From the NCBI GenBank assembly GCA_963921275.4, contig OZ001293.3, positions 1,152,001-1,216,000 of the forward strand: a stretch of 64,000 nt of DNA. Direction: 5' to 3'. Below, piece by piece: positions 54,181 through 64,000 of this stretch. Numbering within the stretch: the first letter of the stretch is position 1; every line of letters starts with the position of its first letter. A model generated the notes under the pieces. The model made no database searches. It worked only from the letters and a program-made list of their open reading frames with translations, and was not told the origin of the DNA. Both the position numbers and the translations under genes were made by a program. Source of the DNA: an uncultured Hormoscilla sp. GTDB taxonomy: Bacteria > Cyanobacteriota > Cyanobacteriia > Cyanobacteriales > Desertifilaceae.

Positions 54181-54972
54181 CTAATTTTCACCAAATATTT
54201 TATCGATCTCGTCGGGGGGTACTCCCATTTTCAGTAAACGCTGGGCTAACTTTTCAGCCCGTTGGCGTTCGGTCTCGGCCTGTTGTTTCCAGGTTTCCAT
54301 TTCAGCTTGTTCTGCTAGAATTAAGTCCTCCACTGACGGCGGGTCTAGTAGTTCTTTTACCGATAAATCTAAACCCTCAAACTGACCCGAAACAATTGAT
54401 GTCTCTTCGGTAAAATCTACAAAACGATATCCCTCTTCATTGCTAGGATTAGCAAAGACCCGGACTCGTTTCTTTTTGGCGTCTACTATCCAATATTCAG
54501 CAATTTCCGCCACTTCGTATTCGTTGCGTTTGATCACGTAATCTTCCCGGCGATTGCTGCTGACAATCTCTATTACCAGCATCGGTTTTTCCTCAAAATC
54601 CAAAACTCCAGCCCCAGGATGATGACGAACTTTATTCCAAACGGCTTTGCTATAGACTACCACATCGGGAATTCGAGATGAATTTTCTTCCGTTCGGACA
54701 CCGGTTGCTAAACCGGTCACGACTAAATCCAATTTTTTGGTCGCCAAGTAGCGCTGGAACTTGTGAACCAGAAACTTGCCAATATTGGTATGATTGTGGG
54801 TCGTTGCTCCCATGGGTATTAATTTTCCCCTGACTAATTCATAGAGAACACCAGGTTCTCCTTCATAAGATAGATATTCTTGGAAGGTTAAAGGATGTTT
54901 TTCGTCGTGATGTTCAATTTCAGGAGGTTCCTTGATGGCCACCTCCGTTGCTGGGACGACAGAAGATGTCAT
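54181..54972 (-). CDS. Uma2 family putative endonuclease
   Basis: YELVRG, RIPDVVV, LVIEIVS, EYWIVD, AETERQRAE tail. Confidence 0.9.
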   Translation of the reverse strand: MTSSVVPATEVAIKEPPEIEHHDEKHPLTFQEYLSYEGEPGVLYELVRGKLIPMGATTHNHTNIGKFLVHKFQRYLATKKLDLVVTGLATGVRTEENSSRIPDVVVYSKAVWNKVRHHPGAGVLDFEEKPMLVIEIVSSNRREDYVIKRNEYEVAEIAEYWIVDAKKKRVRVFANPSNEEGYRFVDFTEETSIVSGQFEGLDLSVKELLDPPSVEDLILAEQAEMETWKQQAETERQRAEKLAQRLLKMGVPPDEIDKIFGEN

Positions 54973-55324
54973 AATAGACCTCCCTTACGATCGCTCTCTG
55001 AAACTATTCTAGCACAGGTTCTGAACGCAAATAGCCGATGATACAAAACTGGTTAAATTATTTTTCTTACTGTACCACAGATTGCCGCGATCGGGTTAAC
55101 AGGGGATGCAGTTGTTCCTAATATCTGGCACCGGTGCCTGAGGCGATCGCGCTTTTTTCTAGGGTGCCATCGCGCTTTTGACGAGACTATTGACATGTTT
55201 TGGGATGAAGGTAGCACAGTTCAAGATACATGCAAACTCACGGGTCTTTGAGATGCGATCGGGGGGCTGGTTTGGCGCTCGTTCGTGACACAATTATTCT
55301 TTTTCTTGAGGTATGGGGTCTCCC

Positions 55325-57450
55325 TCCTGGTTGCTTCTTCCATTCGACCATTTGCATCGTAGGTAGCGAGGACTTCGTTCCCCAGACGATCGACTAGACG
55401 ATTGGGATTGCCAAAAGTATCGTAACCCCATTCGCGTATTTTGCCGTCAGGATATTCTTGACGAATGAGGTTGCCTTTGGCGTCGTATTCGTAAGTTGTT
55501 GTTAGTCCGTCAGTATCGGTACTAGAGATCATATTACCGCGACTGTCGTACTCGAAGGATGTAGTCAAACCTGTTGGCGAAACCATTGACTGTACTAGAG
55601 AGCGATTATTGTAGGTCATGCGGGTGATGTTTCCCTCTTCGTCCTCTATTGTCAGTACATTTCCTCGCCTGTCGTAAATGTATTTGGTAATAACACCGTC
55701 TGGATCTGTTTCGCTAATCAGATTATTGTCGGAGTCGTAAGTGCGTTCTATAATTCCTCCTAACGCATCTACCTCAGTAACAACATTCCCCCTCTCATCA
55801 TACACGTAGGTCGTGGGATTCCCAAACACATCCTTAACTGTCTGAGTATAATTATCCCGATCGTACTCTAACTCAACTGCTTCCCCATTCACATCCAGGA
55901 TCCGCTTCAGACGCCCGGACTCATCATACTCGTTGCGCACCGCTTCCCGTCCCAGAGGATCGTTTATTCCCGTCAAGTAATGGGGACGTTCTTCTGCTTC
56001 ATAGTCAAATGTAGTAGTATTGTTGGCCCGATCGCGCACCCTAATCAAATCCCCAGTAACGGCATCGTAGGAATAAACAATCTTCTCACCAGCCGGATCA
56101 ATAACGCTAGTTATCCGACCTTGGGCATCCCGTTCAAACGTAACCTCTACCCCAGTATCGCTAGAGATACCCTCATCAGTATAGGTCAGAGTATTGCCAT
56201 TCAGGTCCGTCACCGTCAGCAAATCACCAGTCTTCGCCGATATCTCGTAAACAATACCTTCCTTAGTAGTAAGAGTATAGGAACCGCCAAAGAAAGAATC
56301 TTCCGGGTTATAGGGAGTGCCACTCAAGGCCACATATTCGCCATTAGGGTTGCGAGTCAGGAACACATCCTTAACAGTCAGAGTATTGTGAGAACCATCT
56401 TGGGCCGCAAACGCCGGGTGGAACAAACCTCCTTCTCCATTAGGACTGGTCACGTACCGACTCAGGCGATCGGGCGTCGGAGAGAAAGTAAAAGTTTCCC
56501 GCTTCCCACCAGGTAGAGTAACGTATACCCGCGTGTTATCAGTAAAAGCTTTTGAACGAATGCCAACAGTCTCATAAATTTCATCCCGTCCCAAAGAAGT
56601 GCGCAGCTCTGTATCCCGGAACTCCAGACGCCAACCCGGACCAAAATTATCTTGTGTTCCCACCCCCAGACTATCATAAGTGCGGGTCACGCTAATGGGA
56701 ATGCCCGAAACTGGCACCTCCAGGTCAGTAAAACTAATTTGGAAATTACCCAACTTCAGGTCACCACCCACATCAACTGTTTCGGAAACAAGAGAACTCT
56801 CTCCAGAAGCATCCGTTGCTATCACCCGCAGAGTATAGGAATCATTCTGCAATAAAGTCGGGTCAAACTCTCCTAACACCCCATCTGTTACCTTTTCAGT
56901 TCCCGTGAATATCGTTACGAAATCATTACTGCCAACTGGCGCCACCTCAAACCTGTACTCTGCCAGATTATCGTCAGAGATCGTACCCGTCAACTCAATG
57001 ACATTGGTCACCAGATCGTCCGGTAGGGGGTCGAGTTCTATTACTGGAGATGACCCGTCACTTTCACCCAACACCTCCAATACTTCTATAGTTGCTGTTG
57101 CCGACGCCGAATTTCCTGCCGCATCCGTTGCCGTAGCAGTCGCCTCATAGAGACCTGGGTTATCAAAACTAACCGTCGCCACCCCATCAGGAGTAACTGG
57201 TACCGCCTCTCCATCCACAACCAAACCAATACTTGCCACGCCAATATTATCAGTTGCCGCCACCCAGAGGGTCTGTTCCTGAGAGGTATAGACAAAATTG
57301 AAACCTTGATGCAACTGCACTACCGGTGGTGAAGCGTCACCCGTCACCTGCAACGAGAAAGTTCCCGTGGTAGTCTCGCCCCTCCTATCGGTGACAACCA
57401 CCTCAATCTTGAAAACCCCAATATCATCGTTGGAAGGAGACCAGTAGATC
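55325..57450 (-). pseudogene. Internal fragment of a large Rhs/YD-repeat protein with Ig-like domains
   Basis: LKLGNFQISFTDL..TRTYDS..FGPGW and many YD repeats; both ends truncated. Confidence 0.85.
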
Positions 57451-57882
57451 CAATGGGTTGGGATGCCTTTGGGCTACCGGCTGAAAATGCGGCGATCGCC
57501 CGTGGCATCCATCCTGCCCAGTGGACTGATTCCAATATCGCTCAGATGAAGTCGGAGTTACAGCGCTTAGGGCTTTCTTACGATTGGAATTGCGAACTTT
57601 CTACCTGTTCGCCGGAATATTACAAGTGGACTCAGTGGATTTTCTTGCAATTTTTAGACGCGGGCCTGGCTTACCAGAAGGAGGCGGCGGTTAATTGGGA
57701 TCCAATCGATCGGACAGTGTTGGCAAACGAGCAGGTGGATAGCAAGGGGCGATCCTGGCGTTCTGGCGCTAAGGTGGAGCGCAAAATGTTGCGGCAGTGG
57801 TTCCTCAAAATTACTGACTATGCCGAACAACTGCTCAAGGATTTGGAGAAATTGACCGATTGGCCAGAGCGGGTGAAGCTGA
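57450..57882 (+). pseudogene. leuS: Internal fragment of leucyl-tRNA synthetase
   Basis: [47 protein letters not shown]; no HIGH motif and no C-terminus. Confidence 0.9.
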
Positions 57883-58550
57883 TCCGACTGCACCAGAGGG
57901 CGTAGCCGATGTTGGCGGGGATAAAACGCCGTCCCACCGCCTTGTTAATGTAGCTTGCGCCCGTTTTGTCTTGCTGTTCCCAGCCCCCCCGCAGTTCCAG
58001 ACGGCTAGTTTTGGTGGTATTGCGCCCATAGCTAACACTGGCCTCGCTTGTTTGGCTGTTGGACATTTCCAGATTGCCCTTGAGTCCAGCTTTTTGCCCT
58101 GCCAGATAATCGGCCCGCATGGAGTTATCAATTTGATCTCGGTTGCTTGTAACGCCACTTGGGGTCGTTTCGATATCGGAAACCTCGAAACCTGGCAGGG
58201 TTTGCTTCACCATTTTTACCTGTTGCCGTTTGGTGACGGCAATTTTGTACAGGCTGTTCCCAGAGATGGTGTTGGGATCGGTTTCATATTCGTGGGTCTG
58301 GCGGTCTTTGTCGTCAAAGGCGAACCGCACTTGCCCGCTGCTGGTCAGATACAGAGCGTAGGGAATGCCGCTGCCCAACTTGCCCTTGGCGAGGATGCCC
58401 ATGTCTTGCAGTTGCGTGACCTGGACGAAGGCTTCGATAGTTAAATCGCGTAGTGATTTGACTGCGGTCCCGTGTCCCCGCCGGGGCCAGCCGGGGCCAC
58501 AGTCTGGGTTTTCGGTAATCACTACTTGTGACCCACTACCTTTAACAGAA
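57883..58550 (-). pseudogene. Fragment of a large LamG-like domain protein
   Basis: LTIEAFV..YALYL..VRFAF..KIAVT beta-sandwich pattern; GC-richer than its flanks. Confidence 0.4.
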
Positions 58551-58635
58551 GCGACGATGTGATAATCTAAATTGAAGAATTATGTGCGCTTTTGTGTGTA
58601 AATTTTATTCTGGAAGAGTCTCTAACGGAGTCAAG

Positions 58636-59062
58636 GGAGTCCCTGAATCAGTCGGAGAAGTCCCTGACTACTGAGGTGAAGTGTCGCACTCATTCGGAGA
58701 CTCCCGGACTCATTCGGGGAAGTCCCTGAATCATTCGGGGAAGTCCCTGACTACTGAGATGAACTGTCGCATTCATTCGGTGATATGCCTGACTACTGAG
58801 GTGATATGCCTGACTACTGAGGTGATATGCCTGACTACTGAGGTGATATGCCTGACTACTGAGGTGATATGCCTGACTACTAAGGGGAGGTGTCGCACTC
58901 ATTCGGGGAAGTGCCTGACTACTGAGGTGAAGTGCCTGACTACTGAGGTGAAGTGCCTGACTACTGAGGTGAAGTGCCGCACTCAGTCACTCAAGTGCTT
59001 ACTACGAACCCGCAAGCACTCAAGTGCTTACTACGAACCCGCAAGCACTCAAGTGCTTACTC
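58636..59062. repeat. Tandem 21-nt repeats (CCTGACTACTGAGGTGATATG family) followed by ~27-nt repeats
   Basis: Read directly; no unique spacers. Confidence 0.88.
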
Positions 59063-59127
59063 GCAGTTGTATAGAACAAGAGACAAGATTATGAATGATT
59101 ACATTCCCAAAAGTGATGCCGAGTATA

Positions 59128-59257
59128 CTTCCTGAACCGAATGAGGATCCGGCTATCACCATTAGGCGAGAAATAGAAGAAGAAACAGGATATCGGGCGC
59201 ACAAATGGCGGAAATTAGGGCAATTTTTCCTGGCCCCAGGCTATTCCGATGAAATTC
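59128..59257 (+). pseudogene. NUDIX hydrolase fragment
   Basis: EPNEDPAITIRREIEEETGY..FFLAPGYSDEI (Nudix box). Confidence 0.8.
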
Positions 59258-60225
59258 AAATCATCGCCATCAGGATCTTCTGCTTCTACCTGATAATTGT
59301 AATCCTTTCCAGGACTGGCGTAGAGTACGGGCGTGGAAGTGATTTCCGGGGCGGTGTTAATGGCATTGGTTCCCACGGAAATATTGTAAGACTGGGTGGA
59401 TGCTGCGCCCCGAGAATCTACAACCGTTATCTCGACTTCCTGGGTTCCCGTCTGAGACTCCTGAGGCGTCCAGAATATGACACCGGTAGCGGAGTCGATC
59501 GCCATCCCTTCCGGATGCTTGGAAAGACTGAAACTGAAAGAATCATTCTCCAGATCCGTGGCCACCACTTGGTAACTGTAAGGAACGTCAACCGCCGCCA
59601 CAGTAATAGGAGTCGAGACCAGTTCCGGTGGCGTGTTGCCCCCCCTCACTGTCAAAGTATATTCCTGACCTGCCAACAGACCCCGCGCATCCAATACAGT
59701 TACCGTAACAGTATGGTCGCCAATTTGTGTGAGAGACGGTTGCCAACTCAACATTCCTTCTATCTCATCCACCACCATACCACGGGGACCTGACTCCAGG
59801 TTCCAGATTAAGAAATCTCCATCCGGGTCCGTCGCTTCCAAAGGATACCTATATACGTCTTCTCTCAGCGCGATCGTCTTCGGTACTGAGGTAATACTAG
59901 GAGGTCGGTTGACATCCCGATGGGAAACATTGATAGTAAATTCTATCTGTGAAGTAGCGCCCTCAGAATCAGTCACCGTCACCGAAACTGTCTGGTTACC
60001 CAACTGGGCAGGCGTCGGCGTCCAAGCGATCGCACCCCTGGAATCAACAGTCATGCCGTCCGGACCGACTAAACTAAAACTCAGAGAACCGCTACTTTCA
60101 TCATCAATATCAAGTTGCGATAAATAGGTCCGGCCTACTACCGCTGTCGTCCTCATCTTTTCAGAGATTTCTGGCGGCGTATTTTCCTTTGCCTCTACCA
60201 CTTCTACCGACAGAGTTTGAGTCAG
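59251..60225 (-). pseudogene. Fragment with about three cadherin/putative-Ig repeats from an Rhs-type protein
   Basis: NxPPxITS..YxYQVxAxDPDGD..GPxGM..W.P repeats. Confidence 0.8.
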
Positions 60226-60311
60226 TAACACCATTTTTTTGTCATGAATGCTTAGACCAGTATTAATTGGCCTCTCTGGATTTAGCAGTTTAAGTATCGT
60301 CTTTGTTTCCT

Positions 60312-61439
60312 TTAAAAACACGAGATTAAGTCCGAATGTTTACTAGCACTTAAATGAGCAGCTACTTTTTGAACTAATGCGTTTTGTCTTGAGACAAACA
60401 GCGAATAGTAATTATCTCTTAAATCACGGTTTAGACCATAAAACCATTGCACAACTTCAAGTAATTCTTCAAAATGGTTCAAGTCTGAATAGAGCCAGTC
60501 ATCTCTGTCAGCTTCTATCTTTCCTAGTAGACTTTGCAGCAGCTCAAGATTTGTGTCTTGAGGAACGATAATTTCAATATCTGGTTCGCTACCTATATCG
60601 TGCCTACACATCAAGTTGAAAGACTTTCTATTTCGCGGGCGAACTACTCCTAACCTCGGATGAAAGATATAGGCTCGATACAAGTTTGTGTCTCTTTCTT
60701 CTATGAATAATTCCATAATTTTGACAAAATCATATTCTGGATCAAATTCTGGATCAAATTCTTGTTCGCTCCAAGGGTCGTCAAGACTTTCATAACCTGG
60801 AGCTGGTACATAAATTTCTCCAATCAAGAAAGGTGCTGTGGCATCGCAACCGCAAGCGTCCCAGACTGCCATACCTGCTTCTTTAAGTTCTTTAAAGAGT
60901 AAAACCTGTGCTAAGTCGCTAAAGTTGCCAGCCACATCATATTTAGAAATAAGTAGGTTACATTGAGGAATATTGCATGGTAGGCAGAATTTGAGACCCA
61001 GCTCAAGAGAGTTAATGTCTGCCTGGTTGGGGGAGGCTTCTAAGAATCGATCGTGAAGGCTGCGATCGCGAGATAGAAAGGCAAAGCTTGAAAACCCCAT
61101 TCCCCACCTCCCCCAAGGGAAAATAGACCACAAGTATCGCTCGGATAGCCAACGCAACAGGGTATTGACTTGCTCCATAGATGTTCCGTTAAACAAAGGA
61201 AGCTTTGGCCGATCTTGCCTGTTAAATTCCTTGATGTACGAGCCGTGTATGCACCAATGTCGCAGGTGAAAAAAATTACAATAATTTTCTGGGCTAAAAA
61301 TCCCTGTATCTAAGGAATGTAAGGCATTTTCTTGATTTTCATGCTCCAGCCAAACCTTAGATAAATCACCATTCAAAAATCTCTTTATTTTTTCCTTAAA
61401 AAACAAAAGATCGTGACGAAAAAAAGCTAGATAATACAT
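60312..61439 (-). CDS. Putative immunity protein, copy B
   Basis: 375 aa ORF directly after a toxin C-terminal cassette; near-identical to 62146-63270. Confidence 0.65.
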   Translation of the reverse strand: MYYLAFFRHDLLFFKEKIKRFLNGDLSKVWLEHENQENALHSLDTGIFSPENYCNFFHLRHWCIHGSYIKEFNRQDRPKLPLFNGTSMEQVNTLLRWLSERYLWSIFPWGRWGMGFSSFAFLSRDRSLHDRFLEASPNQADINSLELGLKFCLPCNIPQCNLLISKYDVAGNFSDLAQVLLFKELKEAGMAVWDACGCDATAPFLIGEIYVPAPGYESLDDPWSEQEFDPEFDPEYDFVKIMELFIEERDTNLYRAYIFHPRLGVVRPRNRKSFNLMCRHDIGSEPDIEIIVPQDTNLELLQSLLGKIEADRDDWLYSDLNHFEELLEVVQWFYGLNRDLRDNYYSLFVSRQNALVQKVAAHLSASKHSDLISCF

Positions 61440-61456
61440 GATTTATTTACCTATTT

Positions 61457-62145
61457 TTAATTTTTGGGAACGTGGAAGTGGAACCTGGGGTTGTCTGCTT
61501 TCCATACTAAGTGGTTTTTTTTGTCGCTACATTCCTCTGCAGTACCACAGTGATTAAAGTCTCCATAGTCCATTCTAAAAAACTGAATTCTTACCGGGTT
61601 CTTTTTTCCTATTCCCATTCCTACGCCAAAGAAACGGTCCTTCCAACTATTGTTAACAATTTGCACGGGTTTGCCCTGTATCTGTAAACCCGTGTTAAAG
61701 AACGGTACTTTAAGGGCAAGGCTTATTAAACTAGGCGGGAAAAAGGCAAAATTTGATTTGTCGGAGTTAAAAAATGTTTTAAACGAGTTGATTTCCGACG
61801 GAATTTTTCGAGTGAGTATAGTCGTTACGATCCGACCAGCGTTTGCGCGTAATACAACAACAGCATCATCCAAGTTAGAGATCTCTGTTAGGTCTAAAGA
61901 CAAAATCTTGGATGGATCGGGTATAATGCTAGATGGATTTGACTGGTTAGAGCTAAAAGGTCCGTAATCCATTCTGAAGAATTGAATGGTCTTTTCCTTC
62001 TTCTTAGCGTTCAATGTCATACCCATGCCGAAAAGGCGATATCCTTTATCATTTGTCAGTAACACCATTTTTTTGTCATGAATGCTTAGACCAGTATTAA
62101 TTGGCCTCTCTGGATTTAGCAGTTTAAGTATCGTCTTTGTTTCCT
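61457..62145 (-). pseudogene. Orphan Rhs C-terminal cassette (chimeric)
   Basis: 61457-61943 duplicates 63288-63783 and is preceded by a paralogous piece (NTGLSI..RLFGMGM..IQFFRMDYG). Confidence 0.7.
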
Positions 62146-63270
62146 TTAAAAACACGAGATTAAGTCCGAATGTTTACTAGCACTTAAATGAGCAGCTACT
62201 TTTTGAACTAATGCGTTTTGTCTTGAGACAAACAGCGAATAGTCATGATCTGCTAAATCACGGCTTAGACCATAAAACCATTGCACAACTTCAAAGAATT
62301 CTTCAAAATGGTTCAAGTCTGAATAGAGCCAGTCATCTCTGTCAGCTTCTATCTTTCCTAGTAGACTTTGCAGCAGCTCAAGATTTGTGTCTTGAGGAAC
62401 GATAATTTCAATATCTGGTTGGCTACCTATATCTTGCCTACACATCAAGTTGAAAGACTTTCTATTTCGCGGGCGAACTACTCCTAACCTCGGATGAAAG
62501 TAGGATCGATACAAGTTTGTGTCTCTTTCTTCTATGAATAATTCCATAATTTTGACAAAATCATATTCTGGATCAAATTCTGGATCAAATTCTTGTTCGC
62601 TCCAAGGGTCGTCAAGACTTTCATAACCTGGAGCTGGTACATAAAATTCTCCAATCAAGAAAGGTGCTGTGGCATCGCAACCGCAAGCGTCCCAGACTGC
62701 CATACCTGCTTCTTTAAGTTCTTCAAAGAGTAAAACCTGTGCTAAGTCGCTAAAGTTGCCAGCCACATCATATTTAGAAATAAGTAGGTTACATTGAGGA
62801 ATATTGCATGGTAGGCAGAATTCGAGACCCAGCTCAAGAGAGTTAATGTCTGCCTGGTTGGGGGAGGCTTCTAAGAATCGATCGCGAAGGCTGCGATCAC
62901 GAGATAGAAAGGCAAAGCTTGAAAACCTCATTCCCCACCCCCCCCAAGGGAAAATAGACCACAAGTATCGCTCGGATAGCCAACGCAACAGGGTATTGAC
63001 TTGCTCCATAGATGTTCCGTTAAACAAAGGAAGCTTTGGCCGATCTTGCCTGTTAAATTCCTTGATGTACGAGCCGTGTATGCACCAATGTTGACCGTGA
63101 AAAAATTTCCAATAATTTTCTGGGCTAAAAATCCCTGTATCTAAGGAATGTAAGGCATTTTCTTGATTTTCATGCTCCAGCCAAACCTTAGATAAATCAC
63201 CATTCAAAAATCTCTTTATTTTTTCCTTAAAAAACAAAGGATAATGACGAAAAAAAGCTAGATAATACAT
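62146..63270 (-). CDS. Putative immunity protein, copy A
   Basis: 374 aa ORF starting 17 nt after the Rhs stop, with an AGGT RBS-like site. Confidence 0.7.
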   Translation of the reverse strand: MYYLAFFRHYPLFFKEKIKRFLNGDLSKVWLEHENQENALHSLDTGIFSPENYWKFFHGQHWCIHGSYIKEFNRQDRPKLPLFNGTSMEQVNTLLRWLSERYLWSIFPWGGWGMRFSSFAFLSRDRSLRDRFLEASPNQADINSLELGLEFCLPCNIPQCNLLISKYDVAGNFSDLAQVLLFEELKEAGMAVWDACGCDATAPFLIGEFYVPAPGYESLDDPWSEQEFDPEFDPEYDFVKIMELFIEERDTNLYRSYFHPRLGVVRPRNRKSFNLMCRQDIGSQPDIEIIVPQDTNLELLQSLLGKIEADRDDWLYSDLNHFEEFFEVVQWFYGLSRDLADHDYSLFVSRQNALVQKVAAHLSASKHSDLISCF

Positions 63271-63287
63271 GATTTATTTACCTATTT

Positions 63288-64000
63288 TTAATTTTTGGGA
63301 ACGTGGAAGTGGAACCTGGGGTTGTCTGCTTTCCATACTAAGTGGTTTTTTTTGTCGCTACATTCCTCTGCAGTACCACAGTGATTAAAGTCTCCATAGT
63401 CCATTCTAAAAAACTGAATTCTTACCGGGTTCTTTTTTCCCATTCCCATTCCTACGCCAAAGAGGCGGTCGTCCCGACTATTGTTAACAATTTGCACGGG
63501 TTTACCCTGTATCTGTAAACCCGTGTTAAAGAACAGTACTTTACTTTTACTAAGGACAAGGCTTATTAAACTAGGCGGGAAAAAGGCAAAATTTGATTTG
63601 TCGGAGTTAAAAAATGTTTTAAACGAGTTGATTTCCGACGGAATTTTTCGAGTGAGTATAGTCGTTACGATTCGACCAGCGTTTGCGCGTAATACAACAA
63701 CAGCATCATCCAAGTTAGAGATCTCTGTTAGGTCTAAAGACAAAATCTTGGATGGATCGGGTATAATGCTAGATGGATTTGACGCAATTTTGAAAACCAT
63801 CCAGATAGAATCTATTATGGACAAAGTGCTATCGACCTTATCCAAAATGTTCAGGTATGAATTGCCCAGCCGGAGCGACGTATTTAAAATATTTTGGATT
63901 TTGTTCGCAGCAATAAAATCGCTCACTGATGTAAGTCCACTAGGATCGACGAACATCACCGGATTGGCGTTGGCATATAGGTAGCGGTGCAGACTGATTG
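63288..64000 (-). CDS. Rhs protein C-terminus with an unknown toxin domain (5' part outside the window)
   Basis: SLHRYLYANANPVMFVDPSG core-end motif followed by a ~215-aa tip. Confidence 0.85.
   Translation of the reverse strand, partial: ISLHRYLYANANPVMFVDPSGLTSVSDFIAANKIQNILNTSLRLGNSYLNILDKVDSTLSIIDSIWMVFKIASNPSSIIPDPSKILSLDLTEISNLDDAVVVLRANAGRIVTTILTRKIPSEINSFKTFFNSDKSNFAFFPPSLISLVLSKSKVLFFNTGLQIQGKPVQIVNNSRDDRLFGVGMGMGKKNPVRIQFFRMDYGDFNHCGTAEECSDKKNHLVWKADNPRFHFHVPKN

Noticed and set aside
57453..57905. Functional leuS gene
   Set aside because: Only about 145 internal residues are present, without the HIGH or KMSKS motifs.
59215..60321. 368-aa ORF as a real gene
   Set aside because: Chance in-frame fusion of a toxin-tip fragment, Ig repeats and antisense Nudix sequence.
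60312..63270. DGR-type template/variable repeat pair
   Set aside because: The differences I checked are not adenine-specific on either strand and include indels; the only RT in the window is a broken group II IEP.

Overview
Cyanobacterial DNA, judged from abundant HIP1 (GCGATCGC) sites, desD, XisI and Uma2; it is probably a filamentous lineage, but I cannot name the genus with confidence. Housekeeping genes are intact (desD, pfkA, era, a DevBCA/MacAB-type exporter, glyS, hisD, miaB, ddl), while the accessory DNA between them is heavily decayed. Main contents: (1) Six group II intron elements: one full RT intron with a broken IEP, the 5' end of a related intron, and four ORF-less introns of one family. 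The three complete ORF-less copies are 829-927 nt. Their domain IV has covarying stems and conserved motifs, and each EBS1 matches its own exon. Two interrupt ORFs that splicing restores in frame, and one separates an RBS from its start codon. (2) Two families of very small mobile repeats inserted in frame in proteins, including glyS and miaB; one family nests inside itself. (3) A decaying A-T-R NRPS-like island flanked by a duplicated gene 3' end. (4) A Menshen-like defence operon behind a duplicated promoter/operator. (5) An ISKra4-like IS inserted in an EamA gene. (6) A partial legionaminic-acid-type sugar operon. (7) A tandem FG-GAP repeat gene array with two hypervariable loops. (8) An Rhs toxin/immunity locus with duplicated, diverging cassettes, next to a mosaic of gene fragments joined by microhomology. 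No rRNA, tRNA or CRISPR array was found. All calls come from reading the sequence; no searches were run.
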